DNA of 64,000 bases from Candidatus Atabeyarchaeum deiterrae (GTDB lineage Archaea; Asgardarchaeota; Atabeyarchaeia; Atabeyarchaeales; Atabeyarchaeaceae): the NCBI GenBank assembly GCA_037310415.1, contig CP147780.1, positions 1,376,001 through 1,440,000 on the forward strand. The letters run 5' to 3'. Positions 27,874 through 36,570 of the stretch are shown one piece after another. Numbering within the stretch: the stretch's first letter is position 1; each line of letters begins with the position of its first letter. A model generated the notes under the pieces. The model made no database searches and was not told where the DNA came from. It saw only the letters and a program-made list of their open reading frames with translations. A program made the translations under genes and the position numbers.

Positions 27874-29088
27874 TCACGCTAGGTCTCTCGCGATTTGCTT
27901 AACTGTCTCCTTGAATGTCTGCACTTCTTCAAAGGTATTGTAGAGATATAGTGAAGCTCTAACTGATCCCTGCAACCCTTGCGCGTTGAACCAGCTATGC
28001 ACGCAAAACATCCCTGATCTCACCATGATGTTAGCCACTTCATCGAGAATCATAGCAACATCATGAGAATTGAGCCCTTCAACGTTGAAACTGAAAATAC
28101 CTGATCTGAGCTTCGGATCTCTTGGACCGATCAACTTGATTTTGCCCTCATCGACAAGGAGTTCTGTTATAGCTTCATTTAGCTCAGTTTCATGCCGCTC
28201 AATTTCATCCATACCGATTTTCATCAAATACTCGGCAGCAGCCCCAGCTCCGATTATCCCAGCGTAGTCTTGGAGCCCTGCTTCAAATCGCTCAGGTGGT
28301 TTGAGCATTGTGTATGAATCATAGTGCGTGTCTGAGACGGTGTCTCCTCCGGTCATAAAGGGCTTCAACTTGTCCAACTGATCATATCTACCGTAGAGAA
28401 CACCGATACCGCTCGGTCCACACATCTTGTGAATCGAAAAAGCGAAGAAATCAACATCAAGGTTAGCAACATCGATTTTCCTATGTGGTGCACTCTGAGC
28501 CGCATCAAGCAAAACCAACGCTCCATAATCATGGGCCACCTTGATTATTTCTCGGGCTGGTATGGATACCCCGTCAAGATTCGACGTGTGAACCATTGAG
28601 ACCAGCCTGACCTTTCCACTCATCACATTCTCGAACTCAGTCATGTTGAAGGTAGTATCACTATTAGACTTGACAACAATATGCTTGATTCCAGTACGTT
28701 GAGACAGAACCAGCCACGGAACCAGATTCGAGTTATGTTCATGATCAGTTGTTAAAACAATATCCCCCTTCTTCAACTCAAGGGAATTGGATATGAGGTT
28801 GATAGCTTCCGTGGTGTTCTTGGTGAAGACTATCTCTTCCTCTTTTTCAGCTCCTATCAGGTGACTGATTTTAAGACGAGCGTCATCACATAGCTGGGTC
28901 ACTCTCAGTCCCAATTTATGTATGCTTCGGCCTCCGCAGGCAGGGTAATTCTCATAGTAACCGCATATCGCCTCGACCACCTGCTTGGGTCTCAGAGTCA
29001 TGCAAGCACTATCGAAGTAAATTGGTAGCTTCCCGTTGAGAAGCTTGCTAAGTACCGGGAAATCTTCCCTGATCTTGCTAACATCCAA
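27874..29088 (-). CDS. sufS: SufS-type cysteine desulfurase
   Basis: IREDFP, YFDSA, EHNSN, DAAQS, SIHKM, RSGMFC. Confidence 0.85.
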   Translation of the reverse strand: MDVSKIREDFPVLSKLLNGKLPIYFDSACMTLRPKQVVEAICGYYENYPACGGRSIHKLGLRVTQLCDDARLKISHLIGAEKEEEIVFTKNTTEAINLISNSLELKKGDIVLTTDHEHNSNLVPWLVLSQRTGIKHIVVKSNSDTTFNMTEFENVMSGKVRLVSMVHTSNLDGVSIPAREIIKVAHDYGALVLLDAAQSAPHRKIDVANLDVDFFAFSIHKMCGPSGIGVLYGRYDQLDKLKPFMTGGDTVSDTHYDSYTMLKPPERFEAGLQDYAGIIGAGAAAEYLMKIGMDEIERHETELNEAITELLVDEGKIKLIGPRDPKLRSGIFSFNVEGLNSHDVAMILDEVANIMVRSGMFCVHSWFNAQGLQGSVRASLYLYNTFEEVQTFKETVKQIARDLA

Positions 29089-29161
29089 GCTTTGCCCATC
29101 TCCTTCAATGAAGCTGAGGTTTATTTCGGAATTCTCTTCAGCTTCGCTTGGCTTACTGTTG

Positions 29162-29527
29162 TCAACAGGTCTTCCTGATTACAGCCTCAGAAAGCATTTT
29201 GCTTATCATTTGAAGGGTCTTGACTGCATCCTCACGATCCTTAGCACGTCTTATGATTATCTTTCCTTGTTTCCATATGTGAATGTTCTTGTCTTCATAT
29301 TCGACTATTGCGTAGCCCAGTTCTGTCGAACAACGGACTTTCCGGAAGTCTCGGGCCTTGTTTAGAATATCACACATCTTGACGGAATCAAAGTACGATC
29401 CTTTTCTTTCAGTTCCATCCTTTGTTCTTAACTTTGATTCCAGAGTCATCCGTTGGTCCTCGGCGCACGGATTCACCTCGATCACTTGACTCTCTTCGCC
29501 GTTCTCGTCACGATTGTTGACGGGCAT
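29162..29527 (-). CDS. Small hypothetical protein, possible TBP-like beta-sheet fold
   Basis: IHIWKQGKIIIRRAKDREDA resembles the TBP-like FxxGK/RI motif; lies between the two desulfurases. Confidence 0.55.
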   Translation of the reverse strand: MPVNNRDENGEESQVIEVNPCAEDQRMTLESKLRTKDGTERKGSYFDSVKMCDILNKARDFRKVRCSTELGYAIVEYEDKNIHIWKQGKIIIRRAKDREDAVKTLQMISKMLSEAVIRKTC

Positions 29528-29581
29528 CCCAGTTTTCCCCGATGAGTCATGTGATCAGTGAGTACAGTCTGTTCGTGCTAA

Positions 29582-30766
29582 TTAGGATTCTGACGGCGCA
29601 ATTGGAGACATCGCTCTAAGCTTTTTGACAATGTCGGGTAGGTTCTCCAGAATCAAGTCAACATCGCTCTCAGTATTTGCCTTGCCCAGACTGAACTGAA
29701 GAGAACCGTGTGCCTCCTCATGCTGACAACCGATTCCTATTAGCACATGTGATGGCTCAAGCTTCTTGGACGTGCATGCTGATCCCGATGAGACATAGAC
29801 TCCAAGCATGTCGAGGTTAAGTATCATAGATTCCCCTTCAACATAACTGAACCTGATGTTTGCACTATTGGGAACTCTCTTGGTCGGGTGTCCATTCAAA
29901 TATGCATGGTCCACCTTTTCCAGTAGGCCCTTTATCAGTTTGTCCCGAATCTTGGTGAGCCTCTTGCCTTCTTCCTTCATTTCGAGCTTAGCAAGTTCAG
30001 CTGCTTTTCCCATGCCAACGATGCCGGGAACATTCTCGGTCCCCGACCTTAGCCCCATCTCCTGTCCTCCGCCCTGGATTATGGGTTGAATTCTTACATC
30101 TTCGCCCACGTAGAGAACTCCAATACCTTTCGGACCATACATGTCGTTGGATGAAATCGTCAGTAAGTCAATTTTCTCTTCCTTTACATTGACTGAGATC
30201 TTTCCGCATGCGGCCACTGCATCAACGTGGAGTGGCACATTTCTGTCTGAAGCGATCTCGCCTATTTGCGGGATGGGTTGTATCGTTCCAATCTCGCCAT
30301 TGGCATAGGTCAAAGTTATGAGAATAGTCTTCTCAGTAATTAGTGAGTCTAGCTTCTCCGGGTCGACTAAGCCGTACTTGTCTACGGGTACATAGCTGAT
30401 TTCAAAGCCTTCTTTTTCAAGGGACTTTAATGTGTTAAGAATGGACATGTGTTCAATTGGGGTTGATATTATGTGGTTACCTTTTCCCTTGTTCCTGTAA
30501 GCTACTCCCTTTATCGCTAGGTTATTTGACTCAGTTGCTCCTGAAGTGAAACCTATCTGCCTAACGTTGTCAGTGCCTATCAGCTTCGCAACGCCTGCCC
30601 TGCCATTCTCAACAGCGCTCTTAGCCTCCAATCCCATGCTATGAACTGAAGACGGGTTTCCGAACCTCTCGGTGAAATATGGCAACATTTCCTTCAATAC
30701 TCTAGGATCAACGGGATAACCCGCGGAGTAATCCATATAGATCCTTTTTTGAGTCTGCCCACTCAT
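29582..30766 (-). CDS. iscS: IscS/NifS-type cysteine desulfurase
   Basis: FGNPSS, SGATESNN, YGPKG, RSGTEN, SSGSACTS. The usual PLP-lysine motif S(S/G)HK reads SSND here. Confidence 0.88.
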   Translation of the reverse strand: MSGQTQKRIYMDYSAGYPVDPRVLKEMLPYFTERFGNPSSVHSMGLEAKSAVENGRAGVAKLIGTDNVRQIGFTSGATESNNLAIKGVAYRNKGKGNHIISTPIEHMSILNTLKSLEKEGFEISYVPVDKYGLVDPEKLDSLITEKTILITLTYANGEIGTIQPIPQIGEIASDRNVPLHVDAVAACGKISVNVKEEKIDLLTISSNDMYGPKGIGVLYVGEDVRIQPIIQGGGQEMGLRSGTENVPGIVGMGKAAELAKLEMKEEGKRLTKIRDKLIKGLLEKVDHAYLNGHPTKRVPNSANIRFSYVEGESMILNLDMLGVYVSSGSACTSKKLEPSHVLIGIGCQHEEAHGSLQFSLGKANTESDVDLILENLPDIVKKLRAMSPIAPSES

Positions 30767-30893
30767 TTGTTCACACCTCTCCTAAACAATGGTAGGAGGA
30801 CTGAACTCAGTAGAGATCAGCGCACCTACACCTTTTAGTTGTGATTCATCTGAACTTAACTGTTGTTCTTGTCTTCTCTTCTGTCGAGAATCC

Positions 30894-31307
30894 CTAGAAG
30901 AACATTACTCCGTCTGACTCGAGCACGAGATCGTTGAGTGTCGCTGCGCCGACTACCTTGGCTTCTGGTATGAATGCACCTTTCGGATCCATTCCAAACA
31001 ACATGCAGCTTTGCTGGCAAATCATGAGTTTTACTCCTGCTTTGACTGCGTCGTCCATGACTTGCTTCAATGTAGGGAAGCTTCCAAGCTTGATTTTCTC
31101 AGCTTCGCCCTTCTTCACTACCATGACGCCCTTTTGCAAGAAGTAGACCGTTGCATCCAAATCCATGGCTCTCGCTGTTTGCCCTAGGATAAACGGGGAG
31201 TAGAGTCTCTCAGGAGTATCTGGACCGCTTGTCTGGACGTAGAGCAAGGATTGTTTCTTGCCGCCTGCCGTCTTTTTTGCAGCTTTAGCTTTTGGCACTT
31301 CTATCAC
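30894..31307 (-). CDS. DsrE/peroxiredoxin-like sulfur relay protein
   Basis: TSGPDTPER..PF, GVKLMICQQSC, VVGAATL. Confidence 0.8.
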   Translation of the reverse strand: MIEVPKAKAAKKTAGGKKQSLLYVQTSGPDTPERLYSPFILGQTARAMDLDATVYFLQKGVMVVKKGEAEKIKLGSFPTLKQVMDDAVKAGVKLMICQQSCMLFGMDPKGAFIPEAKVVGAATLNDLVLESDGVMFF

Positions 31308-31308
31308 C

Positions 31309-31569
31309 TCATTTCTTTTTCCTTATTATGAATCGTAGCTTGCCATCTTCGCTTTTTGTGAAGGAGACTATTTCCTGTCCGAATCTCTTCGCCCACCTGT
31401 CTATATCTTCCTCGGCAGCTGGATCGTCTGCTAGAACTTCGAGGACTTGGCCGACTTTCATTCTGTCAACTTCTTCTCTAGTGCGGTACACTGGGATCGG
31501 GCAGTAGAATCCGATCAGATCTAGGATCTTATCTGGCTTGACCTCTGTCTCTTTCTTCGTAGGGCACAA
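31309..31569 (-). CDS. tusA: TusA/SirA sulfur carrier
   Basis: LDLIGFYCPIP, VLADDPAAEEDI. Confidence 0.9.
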   Translation of the reverse strand: MCPTKKETEVKPDKILDLIGFYCPIPVYRTREEVDRMKVGQVLEVLADDPAAEEDIDRWAKRFGQEIVSFTKSEDGKLRFIIRKKK

Positions 31570-31734
31570 CCTCTTTTCATCTCCTCACTCATGAATATCA
31601 TGACTTTTCTATGACAAGCTTCACGTATTAATGATTCAATAGAACTCTATTTACATGTATGTTTGTTCTCATCGGACTCACTTCACTCGATGTCAGATAT
31701 GGGAACTCGAGATTGCTATGCAGTTAATAGTCTA

Positions 31735-32916
31735 CTACTCTCTCTCGATTATTGCTGCTGTTCCCTGTCCGCCACCAACGCACAACGTCGCTAGCCCATA
31801 TTTCGCATTATTCGATTTGAGTATTCGAGCGAGTGTCCCTACAAGTCTTGCCCCTGACGCACCGAGCGGATGTCCTATTGCTATGGCTCCACCCTTGACA
31901 TTCACTTTTTGCGGATCCATTCCGAGCTTGTCCAAAGCGTATAGCACAACGACTGCAAATGCCTCGTTAATCTCCCAGAAATCAATGTCTTCCGCTTTGA
32001 GACCTGCCATCTTTAGAGCTTTCTGACTTGCGGGAACATTTCCCTTACCCATAATAAACGGTTCTACACCTGCCCACCCCATGGACTTTATGCTTGCCAA
32101 GGGTTTTATCCCGTAATCGTCAGCCTTCTCCCTTGACATTAAGATGACAGCGGAAGCTCCTGCGTTCAGTGGCGATGAATTCCCGGCTGTTATTACGCCG
32201 GTCTTTTTGAAAACCGGTTGTAGTTGTCGCAGTGCTTCAATTGTTGTGTCTGATCGGATGCTGAGGTCACGATCCACCGTCTCCGTAGATCCGTCTGAGG
32301 ACTTCACCTGGACGGGCATAAGCTCGTCTTTGAAGTATCCTTCGCCAAGCGCTTTGGCGGCTTTCTGATGGGATGCCAAGGCAAACTCATCCATTTCTTC
32401 TCGTGTGAATTTTCGTTCCACAGTCGCGAGTTTCTCTGCTGTCTGTCCCATGACGAAACCCGTCTGCATATCATACTTGGCTTGCTTCAAGACGTTCAAG
32501 TTAGGCAGAAAATGTGGATTGTCAGCCATGGGCACATGTGTCATGTGTTCCATTCCTGCAGCAATCACAATGTCTGAGTTGCCTGTCTGGATTTCCATTG
32601 TGCCATTGTGTATTGCAGTCATTGATGAACCGCATTGTCGGTCAACTTGTGTGGCAGGCACATGAACGGAAAGTCCTGCCAATATCGGTATTATTCTTCC
32701 ACCATAAAGCCACTGTTCAGCGACTCCCAGAGCGCAACCCGTGATGCAGTCTCCTATCTCTTCTTGGTTTAATCTGTTCCTTTCAACTAGCGTCTTTACC
32801 AGTCTAGCGCATAACTCATCCATCCGATACTGATTGAACTTATCTTTCTCAGGCTCCTTCGGTCGGGACCTTGAGAAAGGTGTCCTCAAATAGTCAGCTA
32901 TCACGACTTCCTTCAT
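31735..32916 (-). CDS. Acetyl-CoA C-acyltransferase (thiolase)
   Basis: DRQCGSS, NEAF, GHPLGASG, CVGGG; probable start MKEVV at 32916. Confidence 0.93.
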   Translation of the reverse strand: MKEVVIADYLRTPFSRSRPKEPEKDKFNQYRMDELCARLVKTLVERNRLNQEEIGDCITGCALGVAEQWLYGGRIIPILAGLSVHVPATQVDRQCGSSMTAIHNGTMEIQTGNSDIVIAAGMEHMTHVPMADNPHFLPNLNVLKQAKYDMQTGFVMGQTAEKLATVERKFTREEMDEFALASHQKAAKALGEGYFKDELMPVQVKSSDGSTETVDRDLSIRSDTTIEALRQLQPVFKKTGVITAGNSSPLNAGASAVILMSREKADDYGIKPLASIKSMGWAGVEPFIMGKGNVPASQKALKMAGLKAEDIDFWEINEAFAVVVLYALDKLGMDPQKVNVKGGAIAIGHPLGASGARLVGTLARILKSNNAKYGLATLCVGGGQGTAAIIERE

Positions 32917-33138
32917 TCTCATCCTACCCTTGCATGTGATTGGATTGTTCAGTTCACTATGAATAACGAACTTACCCAAATATATCTGATGTTTGTTTGC
33001 ATTTCGTTCATCGCTCCGCTTAATGGCTTATCTACTCGATTTCAATCACTCAGATCGCAAAGGATTTTAAGAACCTCTTCTATAGATTGAAAGGTAGACC
33101 TGTAGAAATAGTCTAAATTGCGAGGCAGATGATCAACA

Positions 33139-34635
33139 GTGGCTGATGTGGAGAATAGAATCCGCAAGTTCACGAAGCAAACTTGGCTCAAAATACAGCC
33201 CTATATCTTCATCATCTTGATGGTCATCGTCATTGCAATCCCGCTATTGATTGGCGGCGACGCAACTCTAGCGATCATCGTCTCAATAACCCTTGTTACA
33301 TACGCGCTGATTGCGACTGAAAAAATGCACAAGACATTAGCCGCCTTAGGTGGAGCAATATCAACTTTGCTCGCTTTGAGAATGACTGGCATAATGCCTG
33401 ACTTGTCAGAGGCTTTGGTGAAATTCGTCGATTGGGAAGTCATCCTCATCATAATAACAGTTGCTATAATCTCTGAGATAGCAAAAGACTCTGGCTTGTT
33501 TGACTACATAACAATAAAGATAATCAAGAAAAGTAGGGGCGAGCCGACAAAGCTACTTCTTTACCTCTCTCTTCTCATGCTTCTTCTCTCAGCGCTTCTG
33601 GGCGATGTTCCAGCGTTTATGATACTTTGCACCATTACCATAATGGTTACAAAAGGACTAGATCTAAACCCCGTTCCATTCATAATGACTGAGATCATTG
33701 TTGCTAATGCCACAGCAATGATTTCCGTTGTCGCAAGCTTCGTCAACCTGCTGGTTGCTGGTTACTTCAATATGAATCCTGCACAATACCTTTCATACGT
33801 TGGTTTCATTGCGATTGGTGCTCCTTTTGCACTCATGACAATGGCAATCACATTCCTCTATGTGAGGCGGTACTACCGCAAAGACATGAGCAGAAAAGAA
33901 GCCGACAAAGCTTACGTTGAAAAACTCAGAAAGTCGATTATGACGCTCAACGAGAAAGAGTTCGTTAAAGACCCAAAGTTCTTCAGAAACTCGGCAGCGA
34001 TATTGATCTTCACACTCGCTCTCTTTGCCCTGTCATCTTTCATGGGGATTCCGTTCTACCTTGTTGGGTTGATTGGCGCTTTCGCATTCATCTTCATGTC
34101 AGGCATCGATCCCATTGACGCTTTTCACAGAGTCGACTGGAGCCTAATATTCTTCTTAATGGGACTGTTTATCGTTGTAGGAGGTCTAAACGAGACAGGT
34201 CTGCTGGCGGCAGCCGGCGGGGCAATAGCCGCGCTTTCAGGTGGAAGTCTTGTTGTTCTGATAGTGGTGATATCATTGTTCGCTGGAACTATCTCAGGGT
34301 TCTTGGATGACGTTTCAGTCACAACGGCTCTGATATACGTCGTGCCCGGAATAATGCTTGCCCTTGGAGTATCACCTTCAGCAATGTCTCAGTCGCCAGT
34401 GCTTACGCCAGTGCTTTGGTCGATCATGATTAGTGCAAACCTCGGTGGAAACCTTAGTCCTATAGGAGGAGTGGCTAACATAATAGGTATCACAGCTCTC
34501 CAAAAGGCAGGAATGAAGCAAGGCTGGAAGCAGTTCTTCAAAGTGAGCATACCGCTCACATACTTGTTCTTAGGGATGACAATCTTGTACATAGTGGGGC
34601 TTTCGGCAATCTTGGGCTGGTATAGAATCATTTAG
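33139..34635 (+). CDS. ArsB/NhaD/SLC13-type anion permease
   Basis: About 13 TM helices; VDW, SGFLDDV, ANLGGNLSPIGGVANII. Confidence 0.85.
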   Translation: MADVENRIRKFTKQTWLKIQPYIFIILMVIVIAIPLLIGGDATLAIIVSITLVTYALIATEKMHKTLAALGGAISTLLALRMTGIMPDLSEALVKFVDWEVILIIITVAIISEIAKDSGLFDYITIKIIKKSRGEPTKLLLYLSLLMLLLSALLGDVPAFMILCTITIMVTKGLDLNPVPFIMTEIIVANATAMISVVASFVNLLVAGYFNMNPAQYLSYVGFIAIGAPFALMTMAITFLYVRRYYRKDMSRKEADKAYVEKLRKSIMTLNEKEFVKDPKFFRNSAAILIFTLALFALSSFMGIPFYLVGLIGAFAFIFMSGIDPIDAFHRVDWSLIFFLMGLFIVVGGLNETGLLAAAGGAIAALSGGSLVVLIVVISLFAGTISGFLDDVSVTTALIYVVPGIMLALGVSPSAMSQSPVLTPVLWSIMISANLGGNLSPIGGVANIIGITALQKAGMKQGWKQFFKVSIPLTYLFLGMTILYIVGLSAILGWYRII

Positions 34636-34797
34636 GAAAACGAAAAGGGGATATCATCAGATTATGTGAAAGAACTAACAATCTCGGTTCTATGCTGAGC
34701 CGTTTAGTTGAAAAGGGATAATCAGCGAATAGTTTTTTACTCCATGTCGTGCCTTTGTTACTGGTGAATCAATACAGACATTGGTGAGAACTGATTT

Positions 34798-35337
34798 ATG
34801 GTGGTTCCAGTAGACTCAAGCAGAATCCGCAAAGAGATAGCAAAGAAGTACGAATCAGATCCGAAGAACTGGCGTCTACTGTGGAGCATCGATAAGAAAG
34901 GACACTATGATTTCTTAGTGGCAAAGGATTCAGACTCGTGGTGGTTGAAGGAGGCTCCGATAAACCCTCTCTTGAGCGTGGGTTGTGGGGTAAAGCATAG
35001 CTTGGGAGAAGACTCAATCAACAGGATCTTCAGTGAAGAGAGAACTACGATTCCTTTCGGACTTCGCCCTGTTCAAGAGAGCCAGTTGAGTAAGATAATA
35101 ACTGCGTTAGCGAACAACGAGGGTCCCCCCGTTTCCATCTTTGAGATTTTGCGCTCTGAACCCAAAACACTGAGAGACATCGAAACTCCATTCTTGATGC
35201 AAGGCCCAATCCAACACGTTCCAAAGCTCACAGACCTATTGTCAGACAAGCAGAGAGAATTGGATGCCAAGCTGAGTTCAGCATTGAAAAAGATGGTTCT
35301 CAGACGTTATCCACAACTATTAATGTCCTATACATAA
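34798..35337 (+). CDS. Conserved archaeal hypothetical protein
   Basis: 179-aa ORF with SD-like GGTGAG upstream; no recognisable motif. Confidence 0.6.
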   Translation: MVVPVDSSRIRKEIAKKYESDPKNWRLLWSIDKKGHYDFLVAKDSDSWWLKEAPINPLLSVGCGVKHSLGEDSINRIFSEERTTIPFGLRPVQESQLSKIITALANNEGPPVSIFEILRSEPKTLRDIETPFLMQGPIQHVPKLTDLLSDKQRELDAKLSSALKKMVLRRYPQLLMSYT

Positions 35338-35492
35338 CATGCTTCTTTTCCTTCCACTTTCCTAGAATATGCTCATCTTGTCGTTGCCTGCCAAAGCATT
35401 TCTCAAGCAAGTCACGAAACGAAATGCTTATGAATCGGGTCACCAACTCTTAATCGATTCAACAACCGTTAGTTTTCTGAGGTGTTAGCAAA

Positions 35493-36449
35493 ATGCCACT
35501 GTCGCTCAAAGGAAAAGTAGCCATAGTAACCGGAGCTGGAAGAGGTCTGGGTAGAGAAGAAGCATTGCTTCTAGCAAAGCACGGAGCGAAGGTCCTTGTT
35601 AATGACATGGGCGGAGCTACCGATGGAAAAGGTCAATTCAAAGGCCCTGCTGACGATGTAGTTAAAGAGATCAGGGCCATGGGCGGCGAAGCAGCATCCA
35701 ATTACGAGAGCGTTACCAACTTCGAAGCGGCAAAAAGGATAATAGACCAAGCCATTAGCCAATTCGGGAAACTAGACATTCTGGTCAATAATGCTGGAAT
35801 TCTCAGAGACAAAATGATATTCAACATGGAGGAAGAGGAATTCGATTCGGTAATAGCTGTGCATCTCAAAGGAACCTTTAACTGCAGTAGACATGCATGC
35901 GGCTATTGGAGAAACGAATCAAAGGCAGGGAAACCAGTAGCTGGGAGAATAATAAACACGGCCTCCGATGCTGGGCTACTTTACAATCCTGGTCAAAGCA
36001 ACTATGGAGCAGCAAAAGCGGGAATAGCAGCCTTCACACTCGTCGTGGCAAAAGAAATGGAGAAATACGGCGTAACGGCAAACGTGGCTGTGCCAGTGGC
36101 CAGAACGCGTCTAACAACCGAAGCTACCCCTTCATTGGCACCCATGATGGGAACTAAGGAGGAGTTCGAGAAGAAGTATGGATACGATGTGCTGGGACCA
36201 GAAATGATGGCCCCACTCGTTGTTTACCTAGCTTCAGACGATGCAAAGGGTATAACAGGTCAAGTAATAAGAGTAGTCGGCGGCAACCTGTGGCTTATGC
36301 AAAGCTGGCAGTCGGGTCAACCAATGAAACGCAGTCCGCCGGGTAAATGGAACCCTGAAGAGATAGGACCTATACTGAAACAACTCGTGTCAAAGGCTTC
36401 GAAAAGAGAAGAACTTGCGGGAGTCATAATGAGTGTGCTGAAGAAGTAA
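35493..36449 (+). CDS. Short-chain dehydrogenase (3-hydroxyacyl/3-oxoacyl type)
   Basis: TGAGRGLG, NNAGILRD, YGAAK. Confidence 0.9.
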   Translation: MPLSLKGKVAIVTGAGRGLGREEALLLAKHGAKVLVNDMGGATDGKGQFKGPADDVVKEIRAMGGEAASNYESVTNFEAAKRIIDQAISQFGKLDILVNNAGILRDKMIFNMEEEEFDSVIAVHLKGTFNCSRHACGYWRNESKAGKPVAGRIINTASDAGLLYNPGQSNYGAAKAGIAAFTLVVAKEMEKYGVTANVAVPVARTRLTTEATPSLAPMMGTKEEFEKKYGYDVLGPEMMAPLVVYLASDDAKGITGQVIRVVGGNLWLMQSWQSGQPMKRSPPGKWNPEEIGPILKQLVSKASKREELAGVIMSVLKK

Positions 36450-36570
36450 GGCTACCAATTTCTCTCTTTTTTCTTAGTTCAAATCTAGCTTTTCTGTCAA
36501 GGAACACTCGTCTCGCTATAGTGTTAAATACTTTTGATCCTCCTCACTCTTCAATGCTGAGAACGCCATA

